Below, one piece after another: positions 54,011 to 64,000 of a stretch of DNA of 64,000 nt. This DNA comes from the human T2T-CHM13v2.0 reference genome, Homo sapiens. How positions within the stretch are numbered: the stretch's first letter is position 1; each line of letters starts with the position of its first letter. The stretch lies in the NCBI RefSeq assembly GCF_009914755.1, contig NC_060947.1. The stretch is one strand, 5' to 3'. A program made the position numbers and the translations under genes. The notes beneath the pieces were generated by a model. That model worked only from the letters and a program-made list of their open reading frames with translations, was not told where the DNA came from and searched no databases.

Positions 54011-54129
54011 AATGTTTCATTGTGGTTTATATGGAAATATGATCCCTGGGATAAGGAGTATAAGAAAAAAATGCAGTGAAATATGAAAAGAGAGAAAGAC
54101 AATGGAAGAATGTTTCTTCAGATTTGCTG

Positions 54130-54521
54130 TGTGGTAGTCACTCCATAGAGATAGGATGGACCCTCACCCAATATTTGCTTTGGATGTTGAGACTGATGAC
54201 ACCACCAAAACAATATAAAAAGTTGTATTACTCACATAATGAGGCTTTCTGGGGACATCAGGGAAAAATCTCAAGTAGGTCCAAAAGTGGCTGAGAAAGA
54301 AGATTGGCTTGGAGTCCTTATGGTGGTTAGGGGATGTGAGTCAGAGGAGCATTCCCATATGTGGACCAGAGCTTCCACAATTTGAACTTTCTGCCAGAGA
54401 AAAAGGAGGAAGACCTAAGCTTTCTTACTGCTTAACTAGATGTGGATCAGAAAGGGAAAAAGAAGAAATTAGGCTTAAAAACTGACCAATATCCAAAAAT
54501 GGAGTTAAACTCTTTATCATA
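54130..54521 (-). mobile_element. ERVL-class solo LTR (MER74-like)
   Basis: Minus strand begins tatgataaagagtttaactccatttttgga; TSD tgctg/tgcta. Confidence 0.6.
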
Positions 54522-54889
54522 TGCTACCACTATGAAAAACTGGTGCTTGATTCTGCTAGAACTTTCTGATGAGCCATAGAAAATAAACAGAAAAAGTATT
54601 TATTCATCAATTCATCAGGTTCTGTTCCATATTATAAAATGTGGACCACAGAAATTAAGTCCCCTTCCCTACTGTGTGCCTATACATGTGTGCATATGGG
54701 AAGGTTTTTAAGTAAAGTCTCAGAGCAGCAAGCATGAAGGATACATCTGAGGGTTGAAGCAGAATGCTCTTTCCTGGCACCTGTGCAAAGCAAGTCAAAG
54801 CCCTCATAAAAATGTTTGCTGAATTACTGGCTGTTCTAAGAAGGGGGAGGCACTGATGGGATTTAGAAGTAGTGGATAAGAAGTGTCTA

Positions 54890-55046
54890 GTAAATAATGT
54901 TTATCATTTATTGTCTGTTCCTCCCATTAGAATATGTGCTCCAGTGGGGAAGCAATAAGTATCTGGTTTAAAAGAGTACCCCAAGCACCTAAACTACTGT
55001 CTGACATATAGTTGGCATGTAATCAACATTTGTTCAGTGAATGAAT
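54890..55046 (+). mobile_element. L2 3' end
   Basis: tattgtctgttcctcccattagaatatgtgctcc...atttgttcagtgaatgaat. Confidence 0.7.
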
Positions 55047-55357
55047 CTAGAATCCAAAAGCAGAAACAATAACCCAGGCATCATTATCTCCAGCCTAGTC
55101 CTAGTTCTATAGACAGCAGACTATCAAATTTATAGTAAGCATTTTCAACTGGAACAGACAATATGTTAACCAACTGAATGATAGTAGACACTTAAGTGTG
55201 TGAATTAATTAATTTCCAAGTATCTGCTAATTGTTAGACACTGAAAATATTTCAGATCTGAAAATATAAGACATTAAAGTTGTTCTACTCATAATTTGTA
55301 AAGGAATTTTTTGCTGGTTTTTTACATGACAAAAGAAGAATTATAGTTAACTATTGA

Positions 55358-55719
<362 letters not shown>

Positions 55720-56094
55720 CAAAACTAATGTTTCTTAGTCTCCTTCTTCCTAGATTCTGGCTTTTATTATTGGATTCTAAAGAAGCAGAGATTAATTTGA
55801 AAACTATCATATTTTCATGTTAATAAATCATATAATTCTATTGAAGAAAATTATGAAAGTACAGATAAGGAAAAACAATTCTTCTCATCTAGTCATAATA
55901 ACATACTCACAATTACAATTTTGCTATTTTTTCAGTATGAATAATTAAATTTTTTCTGTTATTTAGCAAGTCTGTGTCCAAAAAATTAATCTAGAGCATC
56001 TGAAAGCCTACCATATGGACACATTTCTGCTTCTTTACATTGAACAGAGCAATTAAAACTGAGCTTTGTAACAAATAGAGTTAATTACTTTTTA

Positions 56095-59000
56095 CACTTT
56101 AAATACAGGTTTACTGAGGTGTATCTGACATATAGTAAACTGTATTTATTAAAAATTTGTGATTTGATAAGTTTTGGCATATTTATGCCTCCATAAAATA
56201 ATCACCAAAATATAGGGAATATATCCAGCATCCAGAGGTTCTTCATGCCTCTTTGTAACAATTCTCTCCTACTCTTCTTAACACCTTATTTTAAATAGAT
56301 GAATAATAATATATGTACTTTTTGTTTTCTGACATCTTTCACTCAACATAATTATTTGTAAATTTAGATGCGTTGAGTACATCAGTAGTTTATTCATTTT
56401 CATTGATGAATAAGCAACATTCTACTGTATGGCTATATTACAATTTATGTATCCATTCAAATGTTGATAGACATTTGGGTCATTTTAGAATTTTGGCTCT
56501 TACATATAAAGTTGCAGTGACCATTTGTGTACAAGTCTTTGCATAGATAGATGGTTTTATTTCTCTTGAGTAAATGTTTATGAGTAGAATGGCTGTGTCC
56601 TATGGTAGGTGTATGTTTTTAACTTTTTAGAAACAAGCTAATTAAACTAACTTATCAGTTAATTAGTTAACTAATAGTTAACTTAGTTAATTAAACTAAT
56701 TTCCAAGTAATAGTTTACTTAGTTAACTAAACTAATTTCCAACATGGTTGTACTGTTTTACAATAGGACCAGCAGTGATTGAGAGGTCCAGGTCTTCTAC
56801 ACTCTTGCCAGCACTTATTATGGTTAGCTTTGTATATTTTAACAATCTTTTTTGCTAAAATAACCATGTAAATATTTAGCTTATTTTATTAACTATTTTT
56901 AAATTTCGTTTTTAGAGTTATTTATGTATTCCCCACATCAGCCCTTTATCATATATATGGATACTCTATCTCCCCCTCTTCACACACACATGCACACAAG
57001 CCTACAAGCATTGTGTTTGACATTGCGTTGAATGAATAGATCAATTTAGTCAGAATTGACATCTTAATTAATTGTATTGAGTTTTCTGACCAACGAACAT
57101 GTTATCTTATTGATTAAATGCTAACTTAACATGCCAGACAGTATTTTAGGTGCTTGGGGTACACCTTTAAACCAGACACTTACTGCTTCCCTACTGGAGC
57201 ACACATTCTAATAGGAGAAACAGACAATAATTGATAAACATTATTTACTAGTACTACTTATCTATCACTTCTAAATCTTTTTCAGACTTGCTAAATAACA
57301 GAAAAAAAACATTGTCAATTTATCCTATAAATTTACCTCCAGATTATGCTTTAGCAGCAGCCCAGAATATTTAAAATGTTGTGTTTTCAATTACATTTAG
57401 TTTAAAACATTTTAAAATTTCTTTCAAAATTTCTTCTTTGATCTGTGAGCTATTTAAGTGTTTATTATATTTTTTAATATCTGGAGAGTTTCCCTATAAT
57501 TATCCTGTTTCTGATGTCGAATTTAACTATGTTTTGGTCTGAAAAATAACTTTGTATGACTTAAAACTTTTAAATCTCTTTAGATTTGTGTTGTGCCTCA
57601 GCATATAAACTATCTTGGTAAACGTTTCATATTCACTTGGAAAAAAAATTATATCCTGCTAGTTCTGTATGGAGTGATGTATAATATAAATAAGCTCAGT
57701 TTGGTTGTAGTGTTATTCAAGTTTATTGTATCGTTGCTGATTTTCTATACAAATGTTTTATCAATTATTGAAAGACAGCTATTGAAATATTTGACTATAA
57801 TTATGGGTTTGTCTATTTCTCCTTGCAGTTCTATCCATTTTTTGCTTTTTAATTTACCTTGAAGCTCTGTTATGAGGTGCATTAATGTGCAGATTATCAA
57901 GCCTTCTTGATTAAGTTAACTCTTCATCATTATGAAATGACTTATCCCTAATAATACTGGTTATTTTTTTATTAAATTCTACTTTATCTGGTATTAAAGT
58001 ATAACTACACTTTTACCTTGTCTAGGTAGTGTCGGTATGGTGTATCTTTTCTCATCCTTTTAACCTACTTGTGTCTTTATCTCTAAAGTAGTTCTCTTAT
58101 AGGTAGTATACAATTGGGTCATATTTTTCAATTCAATCTGAGAATCTCCATCTTTGAATTGGGATGTATAGACCATTTACTTTTAGTTTTGTTGGTGACA
58201 TATTTAAGTTTATCATCTCAACATTTGTTTCTATTTGTTTCTTTTGTTCTTTGTTTTTTTTCCCCATTTTTTACTGCCTCATTTGGAATTTGTTATATTT
58301 GTCAACGATATTTTATCTTTGTAGCAGAATTTTTGGCTATATTTTTTTGTTGTGTTCTGTTCTTGTAATGATTGCTTTTATGTTTATAGTATACACCTTT
58401 AATTTATCGCAGTCTACTTTCAAGTTATATTATCCAATTTAAACTGAGTTACAAATAATTTACAATAGTTAACTTTCATGTTACTTCTCCTGGATTTTGT
58501 GTTACTGCCATCATATAATTAATTTCTGCATATATTCTTAATCACACAATTCTTTGTTAGTGTTTTTGCTTTAAACAGTTTATTTTTAAAATAAGCTAAA
58601 ATAATATAAACATTATTTAATATTCACCTGTAGAGTTACCAGTTCTATTGCTCTCTATTTTGTTAGTGTAGACAAGCTTTCATTTAGTATTATTTTCTTT
58701 TACCTTAAATACTTCTTTTATCATTTCTTGTAGGGCAGGTATTCCTGTAATAAATTCTTTCAGCTGCTGGTACCTGAAAAAGATTTTATTTCACTGCCAT
58801 ATCTTAAAAGCCATTTGCATTGCCTGTAGAATTTTATGTTGATAGCATACTTTCAATACTTTAAATTGTTTGCTTCAATATCTTTGCACTGGTAGTTTTT
58901 CTGTTAAGAGATATCTTGTCAGATTTTCTCTGATTCTCTGTACATACTCTGTCTTTTCCCACTGGTTGTTGTTCAGATAGATATAGTTTTTATTCATTTT

Positions 59001-59800
59001 TTTGAGAAAATTGTTTATGATGTGATTTTTATGTAGTTTTCTACATATTTGTTGTGCTTAGAGTTAATTCAGCTTATAGATTTCATCAAATTTAGAAAAT
59101 TTTATTTCTTTTTAAAACCTTATTCCATATTTCTTCAAATATTTTTCTGATCTCCTTTCTCATGTTCTTCAGGCTCCTTGAATTGTCTCACAACTTATTG
59201 ATGCATTTTTCATTTTTAAAAATTATCTTTCTTCTTGTGTTTAATTTTGGAGAGGTTTTATTGCTATGCTTTTACATTAAGTAATCTTTTCTGTGTTTAC
59301 TAATCTACCATTTCTCTCATCTAGTGTATTTTTCATCACAGATATTGCAGTTGTAATCTCTAGAAGATAAATTTGAGACTTCCTTTCTTAATGTCTTCCA
59401 TGTCTCTGCCTAAATTTTTAAATATATGGAATATAGTTATAATAACTCTTTTAATATCTTTTTTTCTGTTAATTTTGTCATCTGGGTCCATTCTGAGACT
59501 TCCTTGATTTATTTTTCTTTTCATTATGGGTAATATTTTTTGCTTCCTTGCCTGCCTGAATATTTTTTATTGTATGCAAGGTATTATTTCACCTGGTTAA
59601 ATGCTAGATACTTTGTATTTCTATAACTATTCACAAATTTATATACTTTGTTCTGGGACACAGTTAATTTACTGAAAAAGTTCATCCCTTCCAGTTTTGT
59701 TTATAACAGATTTTTAGGAAGGACCAGAGAACCATTTGTTCTACAAATATTATTTTCCCATACTGAGGCATAAGTTTAATTTACCCAATGGCCCATAGAA
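56095..59800 (-). mobile_element. Old L1 (L1ME/MD-like) pieces from the 3' UTR to ORF1, with large deletions
   Basis: 3' UTR 56.1-56.9 kb; ORF2 piece 57.0-57.1 kb; endonuclease/ORF1 region 57.3-59.8 kb. Confidence 0.65.
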
Positions 59801-59819
59801 TCTGAATCGTTTTACATAC

Positions 59820-60800
59820 CTGTAGGACAATATCAAAATATGAAATTGACCATGTACAATGCACATATATAGATTTTGCCATGTCACTACACATGTAAGT
59901 TTGTGTCACCACCACTGAAATCAAGATGTAGACCCATTCCACTACCACAAAAATCTCTCTGATGCTAATCTTTTGTAGTCACACATATCTCTTCTCCTGT
60001 CCAGCTGTAACTTTTTACGACCACAACTTTTTTTAATCTTATGATGTTTGCCATTTCCACTATGTTATATAAATGAAAGCATGCATTATGTAACATTTTG
60101 AGATTGGCTTTTTTTTTTTTTTACCTTTGCAATCCACCCAAGTTGTTTTATGTACAAATAATTATTTCCTCTTTATTTCTTGGTAGTATTGCATAGAACA
60201 GATATATCATAGTGGGTTTAACCATATACACGTTGAAGGATATGGAAATTTCTTTCAAATTTTGGCTATTATGAATAATGCTGCTACAAATATGTGTCTA
60301 CAGACTTTGTGTAAACACATGTTTTAATTTCTGTAGTTTAAATGATCAAAAGTTTGATTGCTGTGTTATTTGGTAAGTGCATGTTTAGTTTTGTAAGAAA
60401 ATGCCAAACTATTTTACAGATGATATGATATCCTGTTTCAGAGTGAACTTGTACTTAACTTTAACAAAAAAACTTTGTAAGTCTTATTAATTTCTCTATT
60501 GATTTTGGATGGTTTATATTCCTATATCTTTAAGGTCACAAATCTAGTCTTATGCAAAGTCTAGTCTGCTATTATGTATTTTTATATAGACATTGCAATT
60601 TCCATCTCTGGAAGATTGATTGGTTATTGTTTATATTTTTCACGTCTCTAAGCTTTTGAGCACACATAATACAATTACAACTGTTTTAATGTCTTTGTGA
60701 GTTATTTCTAGTACCCATGGAAGTTTTGGGTCCTCTTTAATACACTGATATTTTTGCTCATTGTATATGATATTTTCTTACATCTTTCTGTGCCTGTTAC
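59820..60800 (-). mobile_element. L1MC-like 3' end (to ~60420) followed by another L1ME ORF1-like fragment
   Basis: caccaccactgaaatcaagatgtagac...; ttttgtaagaaaatgccaaactatttt. Confidence 0.55.
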
Positions 60801-60829
60801 TTTATTAGGAGGGCAGTTGCTTATTTACT

Positions 60830-63088
60830 TATTTATTTATTTAAATTGTACAATCCACGTGACATAAGATTGATAATATGAGCCAATTTAAAGTGCAAAA
60901 TTCAGTGGCAATAAGCATACTTACATTGTTGTACTACAATCACCACAATCTATCCAGAAACTCTTTTTATATTGCGAAACTAAAACTCCATTATCTCCTA
61001 CACATTTCTTGTCAACCACCATTTTACTTTTTGTCTCTATGAATGCGACTACTCTAAATGCCTCATATAATTTTAATCATAAAATATTTGCTTTTTTGTG
61101 ACTGGCTTATTTCACTTAGCTTGTCTTTGAGGTTTATATATTTTGTTGAATGTGTCAGAATTTCTTATTTTAAAATTCTGGTAAAATACATATAACAATA
61201 AAATTGCCATCTTAACTTTTTTAAAGTGTACAATTCAGTAGCGTTAAGTACATTCACGTTGTTGTGCAACTGATCTCTAGATCTCTTTATATTGTAAAAC
61301 TAAAAATCTATACCCATTTAACAACTCCCTCTTCTCTTCTACTTCCAGCTGCTTGTAATCACCCTTCTATTTTCTGTATAAATTTAACTATTTTTTTTAA
61401 TTTCCATAGGTTTTTGGGGAACAGATAGTATTTGGTTACACAAATACTTTTTTTGTAGTGATTTGTGAGATTTCAGTGCGCCCATCACCCAAGCAGTATA
61501 CACTGAACCTGATTTGTACTCATTTGTTCCTCATCCCCTTCGCACCCTTTTCCCCTGAGCCTCCAAAATCCATTGTGTCACTTTTATGCCTGTGGATCCT
61601 CAAAGTTTAGCTCCCACTTGTGAGTGAGAACATACAATGTTTGATTTTCCATTCCTGAATTACTTCACTTAGAATGATAGACTCCAATCCCATTCAGGTT
61701 TCTGTGAATGCCAACAACTCATTCCTTTTTATGCCTGAGTAGTATTCCATCATATATATGTAGCACAGTTTCTTTATCTACTTGTTGATTGATAGGCATT
61801 TGGGTTGGTTCCACATTTTTTGCAGTTGCAAATTGTGCTGCCATAAGCATGTGTGTGTTAAGTATCTTTTTCGTAATAACTTATTTTCCTCTGGGCAGAT
61901 ACCCAGTAGTGGGATTGCTGGATCAAATGGTAGTTCTATTTTTAGTTCTGTAAGGAATCTCCACACTGTTTTCCATAGTGATTGTACTAGTTTACTTTCC
62001 CACCAGCAGTGTAGAAGTGCCCCTGCTCACTGCATGTATGACAACATCTATTATTTTTTTATTATGGCCATTCTTGCAGGAATAAAGTGGTATTTCACTG
62101 TTGTTTTGATGTACATTTCCCTGCTTATTAATGATGTTGAGCATTTTTCATGAATTTTGGCCATTTGTATATCTTCTTTTGAGAACACCCTATTCAACAA
62201 ATGGTGGTGGGACAATTGGCAATTCACATGTAGGAGAATGAAACTGGATCCTCATCTCTCACCTTATACAAAAATTCAACTCAAGATGGATCATGGACTT
62301 AAATCTAAGACCGGAAACTATGAAAATTCTAGAACATTGGAAAAATCTTTCTAGACATTGGCTTACACAAGGATTTCATGACCAAGAACCCAAAAGCAAA
62401 TGCAATAAAACAAAGATAAATAGCCGGGAATTAATTAAATTAAAGAGTTTTTGCACGGCAAGAGGAACAATCAACAGAGTAAACAGACAACCCACAGAGT
62501 GGGAGAATATCTTCACAATCTATGCATCTGACAAATGACTAATATCCAGAATCTACAATGAACTCAAACAAATTAGCAAGAAAAAAAACAAACAATCCCA
62601 TCAAAAAGTGGGCTAAAGACATGAATAAAAAATTTAACTATTCTACATATTGCTTATAAGTGAAAGTATAAAATATTTGTCCATTTATTGTGTGTATTAT
62701 TTCACTTAGTTTAATATCCACAATACTTACTATGCTTTAAAATGTGTCAGAATTGCTTTCCTTTTAAGGGTAAATAATATTCCATTGTATGTACATAGCA
62801 CATTTTGTTTATCCATTTATTCATTAATGGACATTGGGTTGTTTCCACCTTTTGGTCATTGTAAATAATGCTGCTAAGAACATGGGTAGGCAAATAACAC
62901 TTCAAGCCCCTGCTTTCAAATCTATTCAGTGTGTTCCTAGCAACGTAAATGCTGGATCATATGGTAATTCCATGTTTAATTTTTTGAGGAACCACCATAC
63001 TGTTTGCCACAGTGGATACATAATTTTATATTCCTACCTGCAGAACAAAAGGGTTTTTTTCCACATTCTTTCAAACACTTTTTATTTT
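60830..63088 (-). mobile_element. Two L1MB 3' ends (60830-61170; 61172-61392 resuming at 62630-63088)
   Basis: aaagtg(c/t)a(a/c)aattcagt...tacattcacgttgttgtgcaac motifs. Confidence 0.7.
61393..62629 (-). mobile_element. L1PB with twin-priming 5' inversion (minus 61393-62185, plus 62186-62629)
   Basis: Perfect 13-bp TSD aaatttaactatt 61380-61392 / 62630-62642; the two arms are adjacent in L1. Confidence 0.9.
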
Positions 63089-63089
63089 C

Positions 63090-64000
63090 AGGGTTTTTTA
63101 AAATTTTATTTCAATAGTTTTGGGGGTACAAATTGGTTTTTGGTTACATAGATAAGTTCTTTAGTGGTGATTCTGAGATTTTGGTGCACCCATAACCCAA
63201 ACAATGTACACTGTACCCAATACATAGTCTTTTATCCCTCACCACCCTCCCACTCTTCCTTGAGTTGCCAAAGTCCATCATATCGTTCTTATGCCTTCAC
63301 ATCCTCATAGCTTAGCTTCCACTTATAAATGAGAACATACAATATTTGGTTTTCCATTCCTGAGTTATTTCACTTAGAATACTGACCTCCAGCTCCAATG
63401 CAAGTTGCTACAAAGGCCATCATTTTGTTCCGTTTTATGGCTGAGTAGTATTCCATAGTGTATATATACCACATTTTCTTTATCTACTTGTTGGTTGATG
63501 GGCATTTAGGTTGGTTCCATATTTTTTAAATCTAAGACCTGGAACCATAAGAATTCTAGAAGATAACATCCGAATAACTCTTCTAGACATTAGCTTGGGC
63601 AAAGAATTTATGACTAAGAACTCAAAAGCAAATGCAACAAAAATAAAAATACATAAATAGGACCTAATTAAACTAAAAAGTTTCTACACAGCAAAATAGA
63701 TAATCAGCAGAAATAGCCTGCAGAGTGGGAGAAAATATTTGAAAACTATGCATCTGACAAAGGACTAATATCCAGAATCTGCAAGGAACTCAAACACATC
63801 AACAAGAAAAAAAATAATAATGCCATCAAAAAATGGGCGAAGGACATGAAAAGACAATTCTCAAAAGAACATATACAAATAGCCAACAAACATATGAATA
63901 AATGCTCAAGATCACAAATAATCAGGAAAATGCAAATTAAAACCTCAATGAAATACCACCTGAGTCCTGCAAGAATGGTCATATTTAAAAAATAAAATGA
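63090..64000 (-). mobile_element. Second L1PB with inversion (minus to ~63525, then plus, running off the window)
   Basis: tttcaatagttttgggggtacaaattgg 3' end; switches to sense ORF2 at aaatctaagacctggaacc. Confidence 0.85.

Noticed and set aside
56636-56742. CRISPR-like repeat array
   Set aside because: Two abutting units with no spacers, in eukaryotic DNA
59340-60800. Similarity between ~59340-59560 and ~60590-60790
   Set aside because: Both look like old L1ME ORF1 sequence and are highly diverged; independent repeat copies explain it

Overview
AT-rich, repeat-saturated primate (probably human) genomic DNA; the AluS, THE1, MLT2A and L1PA/L1PB elements point to a simian lineage. I see no intact protein-coding gene, RNA gene or CRISPR array. 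Most of the window is decayed and nested LINE-1, mostly on the minus strand. It also holds a near-complete HERV-L provirus (MLT2A1-type LTRs, tRNA-Leu PBS, gag-pro-pol-dUTPase, no env, 7270-13437), a complete THE1C provirus (35900-38178), several solo LTRs, DNA-transposon fragments, L2/MIR/CR1 remnants and one Alu. Nearly all listed ORFs are fragments or antisense by-products of these repeats. The least-explained signals are: (i) two colinear, ~70-75%-identical copies of non-repeat-looking sequence ~26 kb apart (about 18.0-18.6 kb and 44.2-45.8 kb) with minus-strand exon-like splice signals and a shared degenerate reading frame, possibly a decayed, tandemly duplicated gene; (ii) two short ~90%-identical copies of local sequence at rearrangement junctions (templated insertions); (iii) several LTR-borne DUX4/Dux-type motifs. 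Repeat subfamily names come from recalled consensus sequences, and boundaries without a TSD are approximate.
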